The translations under genes and the position numbers were made by a program. A stretch of DNA of 64,000 nucleotides, from assembly GCA_035221665.1 (NCBI GenBank), contig CM069163.1:21886001-21950000 (forward strand). Reading direction: 5' to 3'. The notes under the pieces are model-generated. The model did not search any database and had not been told where the DNA came from. It saw only the letters and a program-made list of their open reading frames with translations. Below are positions 1-11,900 of this stretch, piece by piece; positions within the stretch are counted from its first letter, which is position 1; every line of letters starts with the position of its first letter. This stretch comes from Okamejei kenojei. Lineage: Eukaryota.

Positions 1-1650
1 GCTGATCGATCTGATCATATCCAACATTGTCGGGGAAGAGCTCGGGAAGGTATACTGTCAGCAGTTGTTACTGGGCAAGGCATCTGATGTGGGAGTTGTT
101 TACAGACTAGTTGATCGAAGTTCTGGACTGGGATGTTCCAATAAGGATGGCAAAGTAACGGAACCTTGGATGACCAAAGAGGTTGTAAATATGGACAAAA
201 AGAATGCGCATGCAAGGTTTAAGAGTGTGGAATCAGACGTGGCCTTTGAGGAATATAAAGAAAGGAGGAAAGAACTCGTGGGCAATTAGAAGGGCCAAAA
301 GGGGCCACAAAATGGCTTTGGTGGGTTGGATTAATAAATATTGCAGAGCTCTTTATAACTACATTTAAAAACAAGAGGGTAACCAGGGATAAAATAGAAC
401 CACTCAAGAATAAAGAAGGGAATTTGATGCAGTGGACATAGGCGAGGTACTAAATCAGTACTTTGCATCTGGTTTCACCAAAAGGGTTGTGGAGGACAGC
501 GAGATCAACATGGAGAATACTAATATGCAAGGGCCGTTTGAGATTAAGAAGGTGTTGGGGTTCTTGAAGAGCATTAAGGTGGATGGGTCACAGAAACCTG
601 ATGTTCCCAGGTTATTCTGAGTGATGATTTCAAAAGCTTTAACTAAGATCTTTGCATCTTCTCTAGCCACAGGGCGAGGTCCCAGAAAACTGCTAATTTT
701 GTCCCATTAAGAAGTGAGGTAGAGAGAATCCAGGAATTATAGGCTGGTGAACCTCGCGTCAACGGCATGGAAGCTATTGGCGAGGATTCTTCAGGACAGG
801 ATTTACTCCTATTTGGAAGAGAATAGGTTAATTTGGGACAATCCGCATGGTTATGTAAATGGCAGGTCATTTCTTACTAACTTGATCGACTTTTTTAGAG
901 GAGTGACAAAATGATATATGATGGTAGGGTGGCAGATGTTGTCTACGTGGGTTTTAGTAAGGCATTTGATAAAGTGCCCCATGGTAAACTGATTCAAAAG
1001 ATTAAGAAGCTCGGGATTAACAGTGACTTGGTCGTCTGAATTCAGAACAAGCTTACTGATAAAAGACAGACTTGTGGTGGAAGGACAATATTCACGCTGA
1101 AGCTCTATTATCAGTGAAGACCAGCGAGGGAACCTCTGCTGTTTGTGATATATACTAATGAATTGGACATAAACGTAGATAGGTTTTCAGATGACATCAA
1201 GATTGTTAGGGTCGTGGGCAGTGAGGAAGGCTGTCAAAGTATACAGTGGGACATAGATTAGCTACAGAGCTGGACAGAGAAACGGCAAATGGAGTTTAAT
1301 CCCAAGCAAGTGCGAGGTTTTGCAATTTGGGAGACCCAATGTATGGGGAGAATAAAGGCATTAATGTACAGAGGGATTTTGGGGGACAATTCCATAATCT
1401 CCAAGTGGCAACACAAGTAGATATAGTAATAACTATAGTGTAAGGTTTGCTTGCCTTCATTACTTGGGGATACAAGAGTCAGGAAGTCATAATGTAGCTC
1501 TATAGACCACATTTGTAGTATTGCATGCACTTCTGGTAACGTCTTTATGGGAAGGATGTGGAGGCTTTGGAATGGGCAAAGGGGAAGTTTATCAGAATGA
1601 TGCCTGGATTAAGGGATATTACTTGCAGGATGAGGTTGAACAAAATTGCA
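1..1650 (+). mobile_element. Degenerate CR1-type LINE (ORF2/RT fragment)
   Basis: Broken RT motifs such as VYVGFSKAFDKVPH at about 940-985; many stops and frameshifts. Confidence 0.85.
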
Positions 1651-2581
1651 GCACTTCACATTAGTTCTGGACTTTACTGCCGGTCATCTTCAGACTGTTG
1701 GTAGTGACCATGCAGGCAAGCCTTTGGCATTCTGAACTGTGTTTTAATAGATATTTCAAAGTAAATCCCTAATCCTCAAGATTCACTCTGCTCGCAATAT
1801 ATTGATGTGAAACTTCAATGTATTTTTGAGTTTCAGTTAAATTGACTGAAGTTCTATCAACTGAAAGCTCAAAGAACAGGATTTTAATGGATGTCATCAT
1901 GATACAATGTACAATCTACATGCATACAAACATTAGTAACTGCAATAATATATGCAGCTTGTAATCCTGATTTTAAAGCCATCCATGTAAACCTCTATTT
2001 AGAACAAAGTTAGGGATGGTTTGAAATTATGGTATTAGTTGCATCGGAGGTTCATTAGTTTAAAAAAATATACAACATTTTGTCAATTAATTATAGAAAA
2101 GTGGAACAAATTTTCCTTTGGACAAATTTAAACTCCTGGCTTTCTGTTTCACTCCTAGTGAACACCTTCAAGCTCCGGATGCCATTTCACAATTGGGCAA
2201 AAAGTTGCCACTTTACATTTCAGCAAAGTTGGCAATAGCAGCTTTTTTTCTTTCACTGAACAGAAAGCTCTGCTGTCATAAGGCACTAAACCTGGCGCAA
2301 CAACTGTGAACTTCCAAAATATATCATAATTGTTAAGGTGTAAATAGCCATAACACCTAACCACAACACTCTAACCAGAGTGTTATAACTACTGGGTCAT
2401 GCTAATTGCTCCCAATTGTAAACTTTAAACAAACAGGGCATGTCAGCTTTTCCCTTTATGCCCACATGGTACCACATTTGATGCACTGCACAGCTCTCAA
2501 TACATCGACTGATATTGAGACGATGCTACATTGTCAGAACTTTCTTTCACTACAAGCACATAACTATTGATCATCAATAAA

Positions 2582-2587
2582 TTTATT
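2582..2587 (-). terminator. Candidate POMT1 polyadenylation signal (AATAAA)
   Basis: tttatt on plus strand about 150 nt past the stop codon. Confidence 0.55.
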
Positions 2588-2731
2588 CTTCACCTTTTTT
2601 GCCCATTGACAAAATTAATGTCAGTAGCTGTAGACTAGTACTTTAAAGTGCTTGTGCTTTAAAGTAGAAATTGACTCTTATCTTGCAGCCTGTGTGTTGT
2701 TTGTGTCATGATATCATCCATTGATGGTTTG

Positions 2732-2906
2732 CTACCGTTTACGTATAAGAATGTCCCAGCTGTCTTTCCAGCGCAATGCAGTTAACTGTGGTGCTGAGAG
2801 AGCTGGATACCCGTAGGTGAGAGGACTAAATGTCTGATACACAAAGTAGACCGAGGAGAGCCAAGCTAAGACCACAGCACTGAATGTGTTTCTGGAGACA
2901 GAAGAC
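2732..2906 (-). CDS. POMT1: POMT1 last coding exon
   Basis: [57 protein letters not shown] then TAG at 2732-2734. Confidence 0.95.
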
Positions 2907-5900
2907 CTGAAAATAGAACAGCAGCTGTTTAGTGTCGCAGTGCAGTTAATACTAAAGTAGAATTACAGCTTGGATAGAAAGTCATGCATTCTGGTGTAAA
3001 GTTAATGCAAATATGACGAGAACTCTGAGAAGCGAACTCAAAATAGTTGATCAGTAAAATGCAACGTACTCACCTGAGCACGTGATTGTGAATGTGCTCA
3101 AGAATGATGGGTAGGAGGAGGATTTTGAATGTGAGACCGGGCAGGTAGTGATATAAAAAGAGCGTTTTCTCCATGAAGAAGAAAGGGAGATAATTAACAG
3201 CCCATCCTCCAATGCAGACAGCTCCAGCCAGAATTAAGTGCTTCCAGGAATCTAAATGGAATGAGAATGGTCATAAAACATAGAAACAGGCCCTTCAGCT
3301 CAACTTGCCCATGCCAACCAAGAGGCCACATCTACCGTTGTCCCACCTGCCTGAATATTGCCCATATTGCTCTAAACCTTTCCTATCCATGTACTTGTCC
3401 AATAGTAAGATCATGAACAACAAAGCATTAAATACATTGTGGACATATCAAAATTCAATTATTTAGTTACCCATAACAAAATGTGCAACTTTCTTGACTG
3501 TTTTATCGAATAATGTTTTTGCTAATATTGAAACCAAATATTTATCATACTTATACCAAAATACATTGTGGAAATAAGTAGTTGGTTGCTGCTTTACAAT
3601 TGACATAATTATCAAACTCCCTCGTGTTGAAATAATGTACTTGAAGGAGCAGGGGTGTTTCCTTCCCATGCACCCAACCCCCCCCACCACTCACTGGTGT
3701 GCCAACCAATAATTACATCTTGACATCAACCTAACTAAAATAGATTCTGTTACCGACCAAATTCTTCCCCTTGGGCCACAGCTGTATGCAAGATTTGCAA
3801 ATGCTTCGTTTAATTGCAAAAGGTTTTGAGATGGCCCCAAGTCAGCAAGGTTGCATTGCAACACCAATTGTTGATTCTTTCTTGAAAAGTCAAATGCATG
3901 TCAACTGTTGTCTGCAGAGGGAATTACTAAAAAGCACTTCCTTTTTATTTTTAAATGTACCAACTCAAAATTGATGTTACTTCAAAAATAATTACCTTTG
4001 GGGATAGTGCAGATTCCCCTGCGCTGTCTCAGTAGATGCCAGAGGAAGAGTACAGTGTAAACAAGAATTCCAACTGTTGCTGTTGACCACGTTGAAATAT
4101 TTCCAACCAACTGGACCTGTGCCTGTGGAATAAGTTTAGACATTCAAAAAGATGATGGAGCTGCACAAGCTAATTAAGCCTTTCACATCCCTGGAATGAT
4201 ACTTATTTTAATTCAAAGAGTTTATTAGATTTGAATCATCTATTCATTCAAATTGAAAACACTTCATGTCTCATATAGATTTAAATTAATGAAGCACATT
4301 TACTTTTACAAGCACCATGAGCTTAGAATTAACAGAGGTGGAGTGGTTATGGATCATGGCTCTTTACTGCATTAGTGTAGCTAAAAAAAACCCACAAACT
4401 GATGGTGTAATTCAGCGGGCCAGGTAGCACCTCTGGAGGACACATAACCTATATATAGTGGACATGGATAGGTGATGTTTTCACTATATATAAGTTATGT
4501 GTCCTCCAGAGGTGCTACCTGTGCCCCCCAGAGATGCTGCCTGGCCTGCTGAGTTACTCCAGCACTTTGTTCTTTTTGTAAACCATCATCTGCTGTTCCT
4601 TTGTCTCCATTAGTATAGCTACATTACTTTGCCAAAGGCAGTTTGAGGTGGGACTCGTACACACACTTTTTTTCCTGTATGCAACTTCAGAACTCAGTAC
4701 CTATATACAGGATCATTTATAAACTGGAAATATATGTTCAATGTTATACCACAGTTCATGGTTGTAAGTTAGTTAAAAACCAACATTGAATGAAGGGTGG
4801 TTAACAATCATTGCCTTGGTTTAGTTAGTGTTAGCCAGAACATCAATGTGTATCCATTTTAGATGCAAATGTGTGCAATGTTTCCATTTTCTAATTTATG
4901 CTTGCTCTACGTTTATGAATTCATTTACTTTATAGATTGCATTGGCATTTTACGACAGAATATTAATATTTATGCAGCTTGTGAACAAAGGAAATAAAAG
5001 GCTAGTACCCCAAAAAGTACAGATGCAACATGCTAAATTCATATGAACAGTTTATAAAACTAAATATTGTTCAATTAAATTAGTACATTGGTGCTGGGGT
5101 GAAGCCAATAAGCAATATTGGTGTCCATGTTTATCCAGTCTAGAGGGGATGAGCTGTACTTGTGTTCAGTCTCTTCATTCTTCAACGTCAACATCTTCAG
5201 CTGAAGAGAATAAAAACAAGCTTTGCATTAGATACAATTTACAGAACAGATGATCAGTCCGGGACTAGTAGTCTCACCTAACCTAGGTTTAAATCTACCT
5301 CAAGTGGCATTTAAAAACTTGGTTACACTCGGTTGAAGGAGGTTGACCGGTCTTAACAATGATTTTCTGTTGATGTACATGTAATTTTAAAAGATAGTAT
5401 GAGAGGGAGAATTAATCTATAATAGAGAAGAAATTAGCCAAAGAAAACATTAATGATGGCAAGCTTTAGGTTTAAAATCTCCCATTGTTCTAAAAGCTCG
5501 ATGCCAGAAGTCTGGATTACTCAAACATATTCAAGGTGGAGATTATTAAAGTTCCTCTTTAAAAAAATAAAAGGCATTTATGCAGTGAAGGCAGGGTGTT
5601 AAGCCATCTCACAGTACAGCCATTTTAGGAGTAGCACAATGCTGCAGCTGATAAAGCCACAGCCTCGCAGCACCAGAGAAGCAGGTTCGATCCTGACCTC
5701 GGGTGCTGTCCCTGTGGAGTTTGTATGTTTTCCCTGTGACCACGAGGACTTCCCCCTCACATCCCAACGATATGCTGGTTTGTAGGTTAATTAGCCAGGA
5801 AAATGTCCCTAATGTGAAGAGTGGATGAAAAATCAGTCTAATATAGAACTAGTGTGAAGGGGTGATCGCTGGTCCCGAAGGGCCTGTTCCAAAACTAAGC

Positions 5901-8900
5901 TGCACTAAAGCAGCCAAAAACAGGGGTAACGATGGGTATGCATTAGAGGCCAGAATATAACAAGGCCATAAAATTAATATGTCTATTACTTGTAATTCCA
6001 GGAATTTGGCCATGAAGCTCATGTTCTGGCTGACATCCATCTGTACTGGAGTTTGAAACTCCAACTCTCTCTCCTTCTGCTCCTCACCTGGATGTGAAAA
6101 TGAGAAAATGCACCAGTTTAATAAAACGCCCTTTGCAATTCCAAAAGAAAAATGGCTTCAAATTTGAAAGGAATTCATTCCTTGTATTTAAGCTCAAATT
6201 TGTTATCAACATAGGCCAATTCCACCTGTGACTAATATTTTAGAAAATAATTGTTGGAAGCTAATTGTAGGGGAACATTCGGATCAAGAGGCTTTACTTT
6301 TGTGTCCTCAACTTACTTCATCTCTCTTCAATAGCCTTACTTTTTCCATACCGGTGTTCTTCGACATTCCATGCCATGTTCTGATGATAAACCTTTGAAC
6401 TTTTGTCTCCAACAGTCTCCAGTTGGCGATAGCCCCAATCAGGCAAAGCAGTACCACTTAACTGAAATGAAAAGTACAATAAAATATCACAGGACCTGAT
6501 GTTTACAAAGAGAAAAGTTTGAAATGACACTGAACATGCACACCATTATATTTTTACACAAGCTGAAAGGAAGAAGTTAAGAAATTTGCACGATGTCAAG
6601 GTGGAGCTGAACAGTTAAGATATAATTACCTGGATTATAAATTGCTTTTAAAGAGGAATGAATGTCAAATTACAATCCAAAAAAAATGACCCTTCAGCAT
6701 TCAATATGCTATCAGAACAACACATTTTTGGATCTGACCCTACACTCATTGATTATGGCCTCAGTGGGCACCTGAACACATGTGAATTCTAGTAGTTTTA
6801 CATTTTCAGCTTTTTTTGTAGTCATGTAACTGGCTCCAGGATAGAACAGTTAAAATAGCGAACGTCAATATAGGAAGTGGGGAAATGACGGGTAGAAAAC
6901 TGACTGCTTTCAGTAAATTATGTTCAATCCAGAACCATCACAATGCAATTACACACACTTGTTATCAAACAAAACAACTGAGCCCTATAAGGAAAAATTG
7001 GGGCTAATGATCAGAGATAGGCTTCAATTATAGACAATAGGTGCAGGATTGGGCCATTCAGCCCTTTGAGCCAGCACTGCCATTCAATGTGATCATGGCT
7101 GATCATCCACAATCAATACCCCGTTCCTGCCTTCTCCCCATATCCCTTGACTCCGCTATCTTTAAGAGCTAAAGAGTTAAAGAGATAAAATCTCTCTTGA
7201 AAGCATCCAGAGAATTATTGTATTACTGAAGGAATGTCAAACCCTTGGATCTTGACAACTGAAGCCATGGCCACTAGTGGTGTACGATTTAACTTCAGGG
7301 ATGAGCGAGAGCAGAATTGGAGTTGCTCTCAAATCTTGAATACAAATGAATGTTTGAATTAGAAGTATGAGTCAGGCACTCAACCGTAGCAGCTTCCTAA
7401 TGTTACTTTCTACCTGTCTCAGCAACCACAACCTGAGTGACTGCGTCCAACTCATTTATATAGGCCGTGAAAAGCTCAGAGTCCAGCACTGATCCTTATG
7501 ACTCATTGCTCATTACATCTTGCCACTGAGAACACAATCCATTTCTGTTTCCCGTAGGCAGTTAATCTTCTATCCACAACCACAATGCAATGACCCAAAC
7601 ATGTTGACAAATAAATAACCAAAGAGCCCAGTTAAACAAAATCTTTCCAGATCAATAAAAGGTGACTATACACCGTAGAAATTCATACTTCTGCAATAAT
7701 AAAGGAAAATGGCAATAGGGAGATTACAGCTCTTAACTAAACACATTAGTCATGCATAAATCCTGCAAATATGGTTATTAACATAACTGTTCTGATTAGT
7801 ATATGGGCATTCAGAAACTATGAAGCTATGGCCTTTAATAGGTTGTGTTTATTTTACAAACTTGCCTTTAATACTGCAGAGGTGTTTACATGCAACAGCT
7901 TTACTTCTGATAATATAGTTTTCCATATTTCATTCTCAGTTTCACGATTGACAATCTCCTGGAACAAATAAAACATGGAATTAAAACTTTAATGTGAAAT
8001 ATGGATTAGTAAACTTCGGTCTATCAGCTTTGATTATTCCAGAGTACAAGACCTCAGCTTTTTCTGTATCTTCTGTTCATTTGGTATCTACATATCGGAA
8101 AACCAGACTCTTAGTAATCTTAAATAATTACACAAATGAAATCACTGACAAAATTACAGAAATCTGCCATAAATTCATCATTTTCCCAAATCCGTACGGG
8201 AACTATGTTAATGGAGATACTTTATAGAACATAGAACAGTTCAGAACAGGCCCTTTGGCCCACTATGTTGGTGCCAAACTGATGCAAGATACACTAATCT
8301 GCCAGCTCCATACATGTCCTTTTCCTGTACATCCACGTGTCTATCCAAAAAAACTCTTCAAAGCGTTTTAAATCAGGGAATTGAAATGTAACTATTGTAA
8401 TTCACCTTTCAATAACTGACTGTGATATGGACATGTTCATTTCATTGTTAATATGTTGCATAAATTGAACAATATGCTTTCAAATATGCTTTTCTGGAGC
8501 CCAATCATTCCAAGAATTCCTAAGCTCATTGGTTTTGCTAGGACAGCTTCTTCCAATCTTACTCTTGAACAGACCTCTCACAAGCTGAAGGTTCTATTCC
8601 CAATATCCCCCCCCCCCCCAAATCTACCTCATGACAGACCTTGCACTCTTTTAACGTGTACTTTCTCTGTAGCTGTAACACTGTTCTACCTTTTCCTCTC
8701 TCTGCATTACCTGAAGCGCCCATGTATGGATATCTTTGTGCCTGGATAGCATGCAAAACAATATTTTCACTGTATCTCACTACATATGACAATAAAACCT
8801 ATACTCCGTACTTGAGTAGTAACTCAGATTAAATGTTACTTTATATGTTTAAGTACTTTGCTCTAACTTTTATGTATTCTGTCTCAACCAATTGCAGTAA

Positions 8901-11900
8901 AGAGTTCCATATTCTAATTACACTTTGGTTAAAAAAGTTTCAAGACCATCACACCCTTATACCTAATGATTTTAAAGTTTTCCCTCTTGGGTAATCCTCA
9001 GGCTTATTAACTTTACAATGGTCCTTTCAGTTTCCTCCATCCTAGACTCGGGAATTAATTCCCAATAACTTTCAATTTCCTCTTATAATTTAAAACACTC
9101 CTGAAAGCATACATTTTAACCAGGTCTAATGTCTTTCATTGTGCTTTGTAATCAGGTTTTATTTGATAATGCACAAGTACTTTGCATACTTTACTAAATT
9201 AGAGATAATCTAAAAGTAGAAATTGTGTTGATATTTTGGATGCTGCACACATTACAATTTTTATCATTTTTGTGTTTCAGCATTGGACAGATATGTTACA
9301 TATCTTTGGGAGTCTTCCATTCGAAATATTTGAAAATCACAGTTCAAGCTCCAATAAATATCAATCGGCATTTACCACTTTCCACAGGTTCTGTGCTGGC
9401 ATTGAAATGTTGTAATCAACATAACAAGAAATCTCCTGCCACTGGGGACTCATAGGTGCTGCAACATCATGCCTGGAAAAAAAAGTTACAAGCTTCATCA
9501 CATGAGTCAGTAAGTTTATTATTGTTCCAATCTGTAAATATTAAGTGGATCAGAACCCAACTGCTGCTGATGTAATCTTGACACTACATATGGGAGATGT
9601 ATTTATATTACCTATTCACCTTGTTCACACAACGCAAATAACTTAAGTATAAATAACAATCTTGTGGATTCATTGAGTGCAGGACATAGTGCTAAAATCT
9701 TTAACTCACTGTTTATTGAAGCACTCATTTCTTTAATAATAAAGCCATATTAAATCTTTAAGATAATTAAATAATGTAGTACTAAAATACTACCTGAAGA
9801 AATGTCAGTGTTTGGAATGGATTAACTGTAGAACTCTTGCAAAGAGTTGATGCAGGCAGAATGTCACTTCATTCTAATTCTACCTCCACCAACATCTTTC
9901 ACATTGCTTGCCAATAAATAATTGATAGCAAGGGCTGGCCAGATACCTCAGGTTACCTCCCAGCCCATTAAGATAAGGAACACTGCAAGAAGCGGAAGAA
10001 AGGAGTATTGCCTTAAATAATTAATCTACAATGATGCCAAAATATCCTGGTTTCTATTCCATATGGAAAAATTATCAGCTATAAAGACATGTGTAGTGGG
10101 ATTTAAATACAAATCTTGGCATACCATCTTCCCGTTCACTAAATTATGTGAGCTGCATAGCAATAAAGAAATAAAAAGAATGCATGTGGATCTGCTGAAT
10201 ATTCCTGAGGTTTCTTGCTTTTATATCAGACATCTTAATTTTGGAATTGATAATACTTTTGTTTATTTGCTTCATATTTCAAATGTACATGTATACATTT
10301 TTCTGCTAAAAATTCATACTCAGGAACAGGCAATTCTCGATAATTCAATTGACCAGAGTGATGAACAAAAATGCAAGATGATGGAAGGGCATCAATATAA
10401 CAGCACGCTCCTTGTACATACGTGTTAAGATAACGAGCTGTCATCCCATGGACCAATTGCACAATATCACCATGGCGAACTGAGCGAGGTGGATTGCTGA
10501 CAACCAGCTCCTGTCTGAATAAGGAAGAAAACACAATGACAAGTCCATATAGTTTATATATAAATAACTGTCTGTTAAACATCTACATTTCAGCTAAGCA
10601 CAAGAACATTAAGTGGTGAGCTTGGGAACTAAGGAAAATAAATTAAAATTCTGTTGGATAAAAACTGTTCATGACAACATTTATGTTTTGTCTCTGAATT
10701 AGTAGTAACAGTAGAAGGAATTACGTTACTATTTAGAAAGTATGATGTAATTTGGAAGTATTGTCAAGTGCACAAATAAAATCTTCTCAAGTGCAACGCT
10801 TTCCATGGTTACATTCAAAGTTCACACATACTTGCCAGGGTCCTTTATAATCCACCAATTGTTCACATCTTTAAAAGGATAGCATGTTACTTGTTGCTGA
10901 TGGGAGCTGCCTCTGCCACCATCATACCTGCAAAGATACACATAATTTCAGCTAACAAATGGCAGCTCTGACAGTACAAAACTCCGCAAACTCTAAGCCA
11001 AAACATAAGTTACATTAAGGATCTCAACCCAAAATATCACTAATCCATTTTCTCCAGAGATGCTGCCTGACCTGCTGAGTTACTCGGGAGTAACTGCTCT
11101 ATTATTTTATGTCCTCAAATGTATCCTCAATTTTTTCCTCTTCAGAATTTTTTTTTTTAATAGTGGTGTATCATGTAACAAACTAGGTCAATGCATGCCT
11201 TTTGATCATTAATCACCACCTTTATTATATAGGCAAAACTCTGCTGCCTGCATTTTAAATCAAATTAAGTCCTGTTCATCCATTATAATTCTTCTCATTG
11301 GCCAACACTTGCCCAGATCTGCCAACACTTAAGCATTAAAATTATCACCCATGTTTTCAAATCCCTCCGTGGCCTTGTTTATTGATATTTCTATAGTGCG
11401 CATCAATCACACATGCCTTTGAAATCTGTGCTCCTCCACCTTTGGCCTTGTGTAATCATATTTTAATCTCTGCAGTCAGTACTGAATGAAGTAGCTTATT
11501 GATAATGTCCTTCAGGAATACTCTCGTTAAAGTTTCCTGCCTCTACCTCTCCCTTCCTTTAAAATGCTGTTAAACCTAATGCTTTACCAGACTTTTGTTC
11601 AGCTCTCTTGTATTGCTGGATGTGGCCAGATATGTTAACTTCTGTCAAGCAACTTAGGGAGTTACATTACTGGCACAACAGAAGGATAAAGTTGTTGCAC
11701 GCACAATACAAAGCTTTTGTATCAAAATCTGCGGTAAGTTGATGGAATATTCAAATACAGGGCAGCGGCAGTGCTGAGTACTAGAATTATCTGCAGTCTG
11801 CCATAGTTCCCCTATGCACCCAAACTTCATAAACAGGATCAAAATATTTCTATCATCTTGAACCATTCATTACCTGATAGGGTACATGTTCTTGTGTGAA

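Noticed and set aside
1650-2575. UCK1 last exon expected from human synteny
   Set aside because: No UCK1-like coding sequence found
5628-5700. tRNA-like B-box sequences at SINE heads
   Set aside because: Part of SINEs; no complete cloverleaf
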